Source: Octopus sinensis
Taxonomy: Eukaryota
Length of the DNA: 64,000 bases
Direction: 5' to 3'
Assembly (NCBI RefSeq): GCF_006345805.1
Contig: NC_043001.1
Span: forward strand, 79,980,001-80,044,000
The translations under genes and the position numbers were made by a program. The notes under the pieces were generated by a model, which had not been told where the DNA came from, did not search any database, and was given only the letters and a program-made list of their open reading frames with translations. This document shows positions 53,621 to 64,000 of the stretch, piece after piece. Position 1 is the first letter of the stretch, and each line of letters begins with the position of its first letter.

Positions 53621-53933
53621 AGCAGGCGGGAGAGCAATGAGGCAGTTGCTGCTACTGCTGTGACTTTCCTTAAAATTCTCTGCACTGTAAATATAAATAA
53701 AATAATCGAAAAATCAATAAAAATAATTATCAACAAAAACAAAAAAATACCAAAAACTGGCGAAAGTTTGTAAATATGGTTTTATTAACAATAAAACCAT
53801 ATTTAGAATAATTAGCAACATTTACAAATTTAGAATAGATACCTTTCAAAATGTGGTCCGACAGAGACGGATAGACAGACAGACAGATAGACACACACAA
53901 AAGTATATATGTATAGATGTTTGTATTTCTTTA

Positions 53934-53984
<51 letters not shown>

Positions 53985-54106
53985 GTATATATTATTCGTC
54001 TAGTCCTATTTTTTTCGTCCTGTGCAGTGTGTGTGCAGATATTGAATGGTTCCAGACACATACTAATAGCGAAGTAGGTCCGAAAGAAGCCGAACAATCG
54101 GGCGGG

Positions 54107-54155
54107 CTTAACTGATGGCGCAACGGAAATTACCGAAACTGACGTCAGTATTAGG
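54107..54155 (+). ncRNA. Hammerhead-like relic with perfect palindromic helix III
   Basis: cttaa-CTGATGG-cgcaacggaaattacc-GAAAC-TGACGTCA-GTA-ttagg. Helix I cttaa/ttagg and helix III ACTGACGTCAGT, but A9 and helix II are defective. Confidence 0.45.
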
Positions 54156-54380
54156 AATTTTCGATCGGCATTATTCGGACAATTAATATCCTAATTGCTG
54201 TTTATGCTTCCATTCATGTACATTAACTAGAGCATTAGAGCGCTTTAGCTCTTATTTCTAGCAATGTAGGTGTTTCCTAACATCCTAGACACATTTAGCG
54301 ACAATTATAATTCTCCTTTTTGGTGAATCATTTCAAACTGTGCTTATATCATAAGATATATATATATATATATTATATAT

Positions 54381-54451
<71 letters not shown>

Positions 54452-54784
54452 CATATGTATATATACATATACATATACATGTATATATTATATCGCCCTT
54501 CTTTTCGTATACATTCACTTGCTTTTTTCCAAAGAATCTAGTGCTCTTAGCTTATATTTTCCTGGGGCCGGCCAGATTAGAGCAGTCTCGAGAGTAACGG
54601 GCCGAAACTGCCAAGACGATCTGGTACTCGACTGAGTACCAGATCTCTGTTTTTTCCAATCCTTTTTTGTATTGTCTATCTTTCCGAATGTTTTGTTGTC
54701 GCCTGTACGTTTTTGTTCTAGCTTTTGCTTTGATTATAAATATATACGGTCGGTTTCTTTCAGTTTTCGTCTGCCAGATATTCT

Positions 54785-54905
54785 AACAAGGCTTTCGGCC
54801 TTCGGCGGCCCGAGACTTTGGTGGGTGACACTTGCCTAAGGTGTCATGCAGTGGGACTGAACCCGGAATAATGTGCTTGGGAAGCAAATTTCTTACAACA
54901 CAACC
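54785..54905 (-). mobile_element. SINE head fragment (family of 13603); a plus-strand fragment lies at ~56015-56135
   Basis: Reverse complement gtatggttgtgttgtaagaaatttgcttcccaagcacattattccgggttcagtccc. Confidence 0.7.
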
Positions 54906-56178
54906 ATACACACACATGCACACACATACACTCACAAACACACAAATATATATATGTGTGTGTGTGTATGTATGTATGTATGTATACATATATACACACA
55001 AATACACTTATATATGCATATAAATTGTCCTTCATTGAAATTAATAATCTCATGGGTTTGAGTACTTTTAGGGTTTCTTGGTTTCTTAGTTTACGTTGAT
55101 TCCATCGTTTATATTAGCCATACGTTAATATTTCGTTGTTGTCCTTCATAGGGATTCTTAGTCAGATAAGAGTAATGTTTCTTTATTGGTTTCTCGATTT
55201 GGTGAGTGTGTGTTCCATACATGCATGTGTATGTATATGCATATGTGTGTATGTGAGGTGTGTGCACAACCATACTCAGACGCGTCCACATCCGCACACA
55301 GAACCAACGCACATATCACTCACGCACACAAACATATGGGGAGAGACACGCACACTTTGCATATCCATATTATAACGACCAAAGGAACCCGCCCGGACGC
55401 CTGCGTTTATATTATTATCTATAATTAATCATACCAATACTGGCAAATTCCCAGAATCTGGCGGCTATGTGAAAGTTTAACAATTCTAAAACTCAACAAA
55501 ATTCTAAATGAATTAATGGCATCGAGGCCCATCACCCTCCAATGCAATACTTCTAAGGACGCTTTATATCAGTAACTTTGATATCACTATATATGATTTT
55601 GCGACGTCACTACAAAGCATAGAATTTCATTTTAATTGAAATTACTGTCGCGTCCTGAACTTCCTCAAAAGTCTGGTGCACAACTATTCCGATGCTGCTA
55701 TAATTATCTAGAGACGTGGTTCCACAACAACTGTATTTAAATGGCATCTATTAAATTAGCAAATACGATAAGATAACAAATATCACTCTCCATCAGCCTC
55801 AGCGACGAGATATACCACATAGTAAATGACACAAGTACTAAATATTACGCGATCAGCAGAGTACCCAGAAAGTGGGCCACCTGAGGGTACCTCTTGAGTT
55901 TCGTCTCCCACGCAGGACCGTATGTCTATGCAGTGGCACCCTCAGGAAAGCATCAACCGTGACGGACGACCAACCTCGCATGCAAAGCTTTCACAGCGTT
56001 CGCAACAACGACATTGACGCAAGTGTAGCTGAGTGATAGGAAGTTTGCTTCCGAAACATGTGGTTCCAAGTTCAGTCCCATTGAGTGGCAGCTTCGGAAG
56101 TTATCTTCTGTTATAGCCGACCAAAACCCAGTGGGTGGATTATATATATATACATATGTGTGTATGTGTGTGTGTGTG

Positions 56179-56223
<45 letters not shown>

Positions 56224-56225
<2 letters not shown>

Positions 56226-56825
56226 AGGTGTTATCACAATTTCCCCAACTAGTTACGTTTAATAAAAAGGTAACTTATATACCTAAGTTTTAACATCCTC
56301 TCCTTCGAAACAGTTACTTTCGCAACAATATACAGGTCTCAGCGTTGCTACTACTTTTCGAGTCCAGGCTGGAATTCGTTCTCCGATGATCATATACAAG
56401 CTGAAGAATTTTCTTCACATTTCCGGAAGTGATACACGTGACAGTTCTTCCAGGTCGCTCGTCGTCTTCCAGGGACTTCTTTCCGCATTTGAAGCACTCG
56501 TGCTATTCGAAATATTGCATACGACCCATTGCCATATTGCTGTAAGCTTGCCGAAGCATGCTCAATGTCTCTGTAGCAGACTTCCCAATCTAACGCAAAC
56601 TTTCACATTGGCTCTTTGTCCCAACTACTTGTCCATGACAAAATCGCAGACGACAGCATGCACATGTTCACAAAAACACAAATTTCGGAACTTGTGGAGT
56701 AAACACAACGATATCATTCTGTACACTGCCTCATCCAGGTCACTGCACGTTCTCACTGCGCACGTAACCGTGTGCTGCCATCTGTTAGCGCGCAACAGAA
56801 CTAGTCCGGAAACGTTTTGCTACCA
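56224..56825 (-). mobile_element. Internally deleted mariner with both ends
   Basis: QRANVKVCVRLGKSATETLSMLRQAY...SLEDDERPGR fused to CIVAKVNCFEGED; degenerate TIRs at both ends. Confidence 0.8.
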
Positions 56826-56914
56826 AGTTATTATTTTTTTAAGTTTCAGCTCAGAGCTGCGGTCATGCTGTGGCACCGTTGTTTTGCGTTACACTGTTAT
56901 TACTAGGAGCCTCC

Positions 56915-57145
56915 GCTAACATATGGCACTTGATGAAGAATGTGGTTTGATATAGCTACCCTCATTTTCACCTCTTGTCGTGAGGTAGGCTCATCTGAGA
57001 TTCTCGACAGGAAGAGGTCCAGCTTTGATTTAAAAACCCCTACATCTACTTTGTGCAAGTTCCTCAGACTCTTTGGGAGAATATTAAAAAGCTGTGAGCC
57101 TTGAAACCCAAGCTGTTGCAGTAACTGGTCCTGAAGCGTGATATA
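56915..57145 (-). mobile_element. CR1/L2-group LINE extreme 3' end
   Basis: GFQGSQLFNILPKSLRNLHKVDVGVFKSKLDLFLSRISDEP...SNHILHQ. Confidence 0.75.
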
Positions 57146-57473
57146 TATAACATAAATAATATATAAATATATGCATATATACATACATATAGGTACATAC
57201 CTACATCTATATGTATATATACATGCATATATGGATACAGGACATAAAAAAAACGTTGAACACAATGAGAAAGGAAAACAGAAACAAAAACATGGGAACG
57301 AACTTTTTTTCAAACAACGAAAAAACAGAGTACGAGACATACAACACAAGGAATATTCCCCTTCTTCAGTTGTTCCTGTTTCGTCTACTCCGCGTTTCGA
57401 ATATATTATGTATGCATGTATGCATTTATTTGGTTATGTAATACAAGTATATATATATATATATATATATATA

Positions 57474-57561
<88 letters not shown>

Positions 57562-57721
57562 TGTGTATGTGCTTTTCCGGTGTTGGATAAGATAAGTAAC
57601 AGGTTTGAAAAATAACTATTAAGATAGATTTGTTCGACTAAACTCTTCAAGACGGTGATCCAGCATAGGTCCATGCAGCAACTGAAGCAAGATAACCTTT
57701 ATTTTTAAAAATGATATAAGA

Positions 57722-58130
57722 CAGGCGTAACTGTGTAGTAAGAAGCTTGCTTCCCAACGACACGGTTCTGGGTTCAGTTCCACTGCATTCAACCATCTTC
57801 TACTATAGCGTCGGGCCTGCCAAAATCTTGAGTAGATTTTGTAGACGGAAACTGAAAGAAGACTATCTTGTATAAGTGTGTGTGTGTATGTATCTTCGTG
57901 TGTGTGTGTGATCGCGCGTTTTTCCCCCCACCATCGCCATCGCTTGTCAACCGATGTTGATATGTTTACATCCCTGTTAACTAGCTGTTCGGCAAAAGAG
58001 ACCGATAGAATAAGTACTCGAGAACACAAGTCCTGAGGTCGATTTTTTCGACTAAAAACCCCTTTAAGTCCCTGCTCCGGCATGGCCGCAGTAAAACGAC
58101 TGAAGCCAATAAAAGAATAAAAGAATAGGG
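57722..58130 (+). mobile_element. Near full-length tRNA-derived SINE (family of 13603)
   Basis: caggcgtaactgtgtagtaagaagcttgcttcccaac...ggttcagttcc head and ...ctccggcatggccgcagtaaaacgactgaagccaataaaagaataaaagaa tail. Confidence 0.85.
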
Positions 58131-58199
58131 TAAAGAAATCAACGCGATGGACAAACAGAGTAATCGCAGCTGCCAGATATAGCTGTCAGAATCAACAAT

Positions 58200-58900
58200 C
58201 ACAACGTTGTGCAAATAATAATCGTTCTGCCTCAGTTACAAATTCCACACACCAAATCACGACAGAATCCAACAAAAACAAAACATCACACTTCACATAA
58301 CAGATTGCATATTGACCAGAGTCACACACACACAAAAAAGTAAACATTAAAAATCAAAGAAAGCACTTAGACATGCGTAAAGAACCGTTTGCTAACGCGG
58401 CAAATTGAAGTCAGAAAAGCCACCGCTCTTGAACACCCGTTCATATATTCCGCAACAACATTCTAAAAACACTATCGCATTCAAGCCATGTAACATAAGA
58501 AGCCCATGCAAGCTCAAATAGATGTAAAATCAAATAGCTTCAATAACCACAGACACTACGCTGGGAGACACACGTCAGTAATAAATACAGAAGAACAATA
58601 AGTGTCGTGCTTTGATCGAAAGCTCTATGTCTTTCCTAACATACCACCACCACTACCAGAATCTACAGGATATTATACAACGTACAGGAACAGATTGAGC
58701 AGTACAAAAAGCGTAATATATCAAGATTGTGAATAAGCACCCGTTTAATTTATTACTGTATGTCGTAGTGTGCAGAGTTGTCTTCAGCTTGATGAAGCAT
58801 TGAACTAGTTCAGTTATATGGATCTGTGACTTGCGCCACCTTCTTCGGCCGATAACAAGCAGCATATAATGACGACGTTAGTCTTTCGTAGTCCGAAAAA
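58200..58900 (+). pseudogene. Possible decayed PLE C-terminal remnant
   Basis: Weak motifs only (NTIAFKPCN, resembling the PLE linker IAFK..N). Confidence 0.25.
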
Positions 58901-58952
58901 GACGGTTCTGCAATTTCTTGCTAAACAATCTGCATAAATGATTTGTTTGCAG

Positions 58953-59202
58953 CAGTGGTTCTCAACCATTTTTTGCCTGTGGACCCCTTTTTATTCCCAT
59001 TTTAACCTGCTGTTTTAATCTATGTTTTAAAAAAGTCCCGTTATATTTTTTATAATAAAATATTATTAGGAACAGTGTTTAAAAAATTGTTGAAATATTT
59101 TGCGCATTGTAGACGTATAACCTATTTATTGCACGTAAATTTTAACAGCAAAATCTTATGTGGACCCACAAAGGCCATCAGGATCCCGGTTGAGGACTAC
59201 TG
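58953..59202. mobile_element. hAT-Charlie-like MITE
   Basis: cagtggttctcaacc ... ggttgaggactactg terminal inverted repeats; no clean 8-bp TSD. Confidence 0.75.
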
Positions 59203-59694
59203 ATTAATAGCGATCAAATATATGTGCTGTACTCTAGCCCACTTTCTTCATCAAATCAGCGTTACCTGAACAGGTGTATGGTTTACCACATGTCACGTAT
59301 CGAAGTGATTGCAAAACAACCTGAGATTAAATGCGTTGCTAAAAAACACGGCGCACGACCTACTCCTGAAATTGAAACACGATTTCACGATCTCGTGAGT
59401 GCAACACGCTAACCACTTCGCCATGAGCACTCACAGCGGCTTATACTAAGACACCTTAATCCGTACTGACCGAGAAGCCACTGACTCCAACAACAATCCG
59501 TATCTGCATCACAACTATACATAAATCATTAGCAAAATGCATCCCAAGAGGCATTCTGAAAGGCTCACCCAACGGGTATTTTTAACAGAGCTGCCCACTC
59601 GGCCCACTTCTCGGAAAACGTTATCCATGTCTGGTTTCTAACAACAGTGCACTCAGTGGGTGACTTCCACTATGACAAATACCAACAACAGTAG

Positions 59695-59792
59695 ACACTA
59701 CTACTACTACTACTACTACTACTATACTAATACTACTACTGTTGCTGCTTCTGCTACTATTGCTACTGCTGCTACTACTACTGCTGCTGCTG

Positions 59793-59824
<32 letters not shown>

Positions 59825-59885
59825 GATGCTACTACTACTACTGCTGTTGCTGCTGCTGTTACTACTACTACTACTACTACTACTT
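59695..59885. repeat. (CTA)n/(CTG)n microsatellite
   Basis: Direct inspection. Confidence 0.95.
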
Positions 59886-60758
59886 TGATGTGAAAATCAT
59901 GAATCAAGAATTAACCATGAAATACAAAATGTATAATAAATATTACAATAACTAAAGACAATAGAATTAAAATAAAATGAACAATATATGCACAAAAGAT
60001 GTAAAAGAATGAAAAGTATTTCACACACACACACACACACACACACCACACACACACACACACACACAAACATATACATGTTTGTGCGTACATGTGTGCA
60101 AATTGATATGCGTACATATATGTGTAATACATAAATATATTCGTGAAGTGCGCATGACTACACGTATGCATAAATGTCCGTATATATATATGTGTTCACG
60201 TGGGAGTGAGTGCATATTTGTATCAATATATATTTTTTGTATAATACGTATGTGTATGCGTACGCTATTGTGGACACAAATAAGAGAGAAATATGAAAGC
60301 TTGTGAATCAATTAGTCGTTATTTGAAGCTACAAGTCTTACCATAAAATGTAAATTTAAACTAAAAGTATATTTTGGGAAATTGTTCGGAACAAATAAAA
60401 CAATACATTGGAAAGGTGGGGCGGGTTTTGTAAGAGGGAGTGAGTGTGTGGGGGGAATGAGTGTTTATAAAGGTGAATGGCAGCGCAAATGCGAGAGTGA
60501 TAGAAATGGACTTTAAAAAAGAAGAGAAAGCGAGGGCAATAGAAATATAGAAATACGAAAGTGTGTGTGTGTGTGTGTGTGTGTGTCTAAGTGTTTGGTA
60601 GGTGTATGTGTGTTTGTATGCGTCTGCTTGCTTGTATACGTGAGCAGAAGTGCAGAAGCAAAGAGATGGGTAAGGAAAAAGGGAAGGTGTGGTGAATATT
60701 AAAGCAAGAACCAGTAAAAACGGTCTATTGAGAACAAGAACCAATAGATACATAGATT

Positions 60759-60835
<77 letters not shown>

Positions 60836-61004
60836 GTAGATAGAGAAAAATTGACAGCGGAAGAGTGTGTTCGTGCGTGTAAGTGTCATTATGTGTGTAT
60901 TTATGTATTTGTTTATCTAAAAAATCAGTTGATCTGATGCATGTACACCACCTTGCAGTACTTCACAGATGTTTCCATTATTGTAATTAGGATTTAGTGC
61001 GTCG

Positions 61005-61146
61005 GACAAAATGATCTGTGGTTTTTCATCTTGTTCTTTGTGTTCTGAATTTAAAATCCGCCAAGATCGACTTTGCCTTTCATCCTGTCGGGAGTCGATA
61101 AAGTAAGTAGTATTTTAACACTGGGATCAAATCAATAAATTATATA

Positions 61147-61177
<31 letters not shown>

Positions 61178-61420
61178 CAAAATTGCTGGCCTTGTGACAA
61201 AATTTGAAATCAAATGCAGTAAGCTGCCAGAATCTTTAGTGCGTCGAACAAAATGATCTGCGGCCTTTTTCCCAACCCAAATTCCACCAAGGTCGAATTT
61301 GCCTTTCATCCTCTCGGAGTCGGAAAATTAAAGTACCAGTTGAATACTGGGGTAGATGTAATCGACTACATCCCGTCTCCTAAAATCACAGGCTTTGTGC
61401 CAATATTTGAAACCATTATA
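61005..61420 (+). mobile_element. Two tandem diverged SINE copies (family of 2196); further copies at ~61840-62155
   Basis: tagtgcgtcg.acaaaatgatctg...aaattcc.ccaag.tcga.tttgcctttcatcct..cgg.gtcg repeated. Confidence 0.7.
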
Positions 61421-61479
61421 CATTTTAGGTTTACAATTTATTCACTTGTCGGCCCCCTCCACTTTCACTTCCTGAAAGT

Positions 61480-61815
61480 AGGTTGTTCAGCTGTTAATTC
61501 CCTCTCCAAATCTGGTTGAAGTCAATTCTGGATAATTTTCGGAACAATTTTGTTTCTATAGGATATTAGGACATTTGTCTTGTAATTCTTGTATTTTCGC
61601 ACATGACCTTTCTTTGGAATGTAGATATTTACCGACATGTTCCAGCCATTATTTTGTCATCTAAATATTTTGACAACATTTCTAAATGACTTAATGACAT
61701 CTTCATCAGTTCATTTCAATAGTTCAACAGTAATATCATTTGTATCTGATGATTATTTTCTCCCCGACTTCAGAATTTATTCAACGCATCTCTCCTTCCA
61801 TTATATATGGTGTCT
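61480..61815 (-). mobile_element. RTE-clade LINE RT N-terminal fragment
   Basis: DTNDITVELLK, YIPKKGHVRKYKNYKTNVLISYRNKIVPKIIQ, LERELTAEQ resemble IPKKG...C.NYRTI.LISH.SK. Confidence 0.7.
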
Positions 61816-62349
61816 GTCAAATTCAGCCTAGGTTTAATTTGCTTTTCATCCTTTCGGAAACGATAAAATAAGTACCATTCGAGATGTAAGCTCGTTGTAA
61901 TCGACTGGCCATTTCTCCAAAATTTCAAGCTTTGTGTCTATGGTAGAAGGAATTATATATAGTTCCTCTCAGGCGGTCGAGCGGGCAGAATCGTCGGCAC
62001 GTCGGACAAAATATTTAGTAGTATCGGTTCCAGTTTTAATTTCTGAGATCAAATGCTGCCGAGGCTGACTTTTACCTCTCAGCCTTTCAGAGTTCATAAA
62101 CTGAGCACCAATTGAGCGATAGGGTCGATGTAATGGACTTAACTCCTTCTCTAAAATTAGTAAGAATGTTTGGTTTCTTTTTGAGCATCATTGTTGAAAA
62201 ATTCAACAAGAAGTATTACATGTCTTTGTACATTTCTGTATATATTTTTGATTTGTGCTTTAACAAAAACTACTTCAAATGAGATGATTCTGTGGGAGTA
62301 ATTTTTGCGTTTGCATATCTTGAATCTGAGATGGAAAAAAAAAGAGTGG

Positions 62350-62770
62350 AAGACGTCCAAATGAAATTTTAAAATTAGAACTTCAAAGGGCTGCCACGGT
62401 GAGACTACAGAAAAATTATGAAAGATAAAAGAGTGTCACAAAGAAGAAAGACTATACAGTGTTACAATCGATATCGTACTCAGTAATATTCTATGGATAA
62501 GAAAGATGGACAATTAGAAGGAAAATAGATGCATTTGAAAAATGGAGCTTCAGTAGATTGTTGAGAATATCAAGGACGGAAAGAACAAAGAGATCAATAC
62601 CGCCGCAGGTGAAAGCTGATAGTACTTAGAGAGCATTGATTATCAATCAAATATATCAATTCTTTGGTTACTTGATAAGGGAGATTGGCATGGGAAAGTC
62701 CATTATGTTAGATAGAACTGAAGGACGAACGAGAGTGTGATGAATAAGCGGTTGTCCCAGACGTAGAATT
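62350..62770 (+). mobile_element. RTE-clade LINE 3' fragment
   Basis: RKIDAFEKWSFSRLLRIS, FFGYLIR..GMGKSIML.RTEG resemble IDAFE.WC.RR.LRISW...FGH..R...LEK.IM.G..EG. Confidence 0.75.
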
Positions 62771-63568
62771 AGAGTCGGTATATCTATTGAATGGTCAGAT
62801 GTTGAAAATAACTTGAGGGCAGATAAGAAAGGTATGTGTATATTAATTTGTAAGTAAGATTAAAAGAATGAGATAGGGAATGAAATGGAAGAAGAAACAG
62901 TGATGAAAAGAACAATAGCATTGATGAATACGAACGAATGTTAGAAGAAATCAGTTTGTAGGGGTGTAGAAGAGTCAGAGAAAGAGGTGCAGTAACAATA
63001 GCTGAGAAAAGAGTGGGAGGTGCAACCGAATTTCTGAGAGAAAGTGAAAAACAATGAAAGGAAAATAAAAGAAAATAGACACTAAAGCAGAGAATGGGAG
63101 AGTACAAAAATTGAAACGACCAGAGAGAGGAATGGGTTAAAGTTACAGGAAATCGAATGGTGAAGACACAGGAATAGCAAATACAGTGTGAGCATATGTT
63201 CTTAACGGGTAGCTATGCGAGAGAGTGAATCAACACACACACACACACGCACGCACATAACCACACACATACATGCTTATGTACACTATAATATAGACAG
63301 ATAGATTGATAGACAGACAGATAGACAAAGAGACAAACAGACAGATATGATGAATTTTATGAAATGTCTTCACAAATTACAACATAGGGTTGCACGAAAA
63401 CCATGATCAGGCAATCACGAATTCTATCTTATTTTACTTTGTTTTACACCTATACACACACACATATATATATATATATATGAAAAGAGAGAGAGAGATA
63501 AAAGGCAATCTTTATATCCAAACAAACGTGGATGTATTGTTAGAGCATAGAATATTGCCTTATTTATC

Positions 63569-63925
63569 ATGAGAAGACCTCTCATATGGACGCATGGCGC
63601 ATATTTATATCACATATTTATATCACTGATCGTCTGCTATTTCTCATAGCCAGTCTCGTCATTGGTAACTGACAAATCTCACTGCCAGCTATATATGGAA
63701 TGTCTGTGTCCGTTCATACACTTACGTCGGAAATAGCTTACAGTCTTATTAAAAGTAATTATTAGCGACATGATGCTACTAGACGTCTGTCGCTGAGAAG
63801 ACGGAGTACATCGAAATCACTAGTTCTGGTAGTTCCGGCGCACATAGCAGGCGATTCTCATTTGCCAACGATATAACTATGTGCTCTTTTGTGCACCATG
63901 CGTTCATATGAGAGAGTCTCTCCAT
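63569..63925. mobile_element. MITE-like element with ~33-bp or longer TIRs
   Basis: atgagaagacctctcatatggacgcatggcgca ... tgcaccatgcgttcatatgagagagtctctccat, with weaker complementarity continuing inward. Confidence 0.7.
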
Positions 63926-64000
63926 GTAAATAACGAAGTAATTGGCGCTGTAAAAATACATCTAAGCTGGATATAAAGGCTGTCTTTTGATAATGATACT

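Noticed and set aside
54140-54147. CRE palindrome as a stand-alone regulatory site
   Set aside because: A single 8-mer is expected by chance in 64 kb and is better explained as part of the hammerhead-like palindrome.

Overview
AT-rich, microsatellite-saturated animal genomic DNA with one 100-N gap (38315-38414). The recurring tRNA-derived SINE families look like those of octopus; this is inference from pattern recognition, not a database result. Nearly all long ORFs in the track are translations of simple repeats. Most of the window is decayed mobile DNA: R4/Dong-like and other RLE LINEs, CR1/L2-like, RTE, L1/Tx1-like and Penelope-like (PLE) remnants, Tc1/mariner/Tigger/hAT relics, foldback MITEs and many SINEs. 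The most striking signal is two unrelated head-to-tail arrays of ~490-bp units (12098-13457, minus sense; 24715-26376, plus sense). Each is bounded by (TA)n, and each unit carries a type I hammerhead ribozyme fold, so both are candidate non-autonomous circular-RNA 'retrozyme' families. Two solitary hammerhead relics (5767-5813, 54107-54155) and a PLE GIY-YIG endonuclease remnant (9129-9449) are also present. A CpG/CCAAT-rich promoter-like island at ~36240-36520 and three phase-compatible minus-strand exon candidates (36259-36332, 19511-19605, 8454-8531) suggest a large-intron host gene of unknown identity. All folds and alignments were read by eye.
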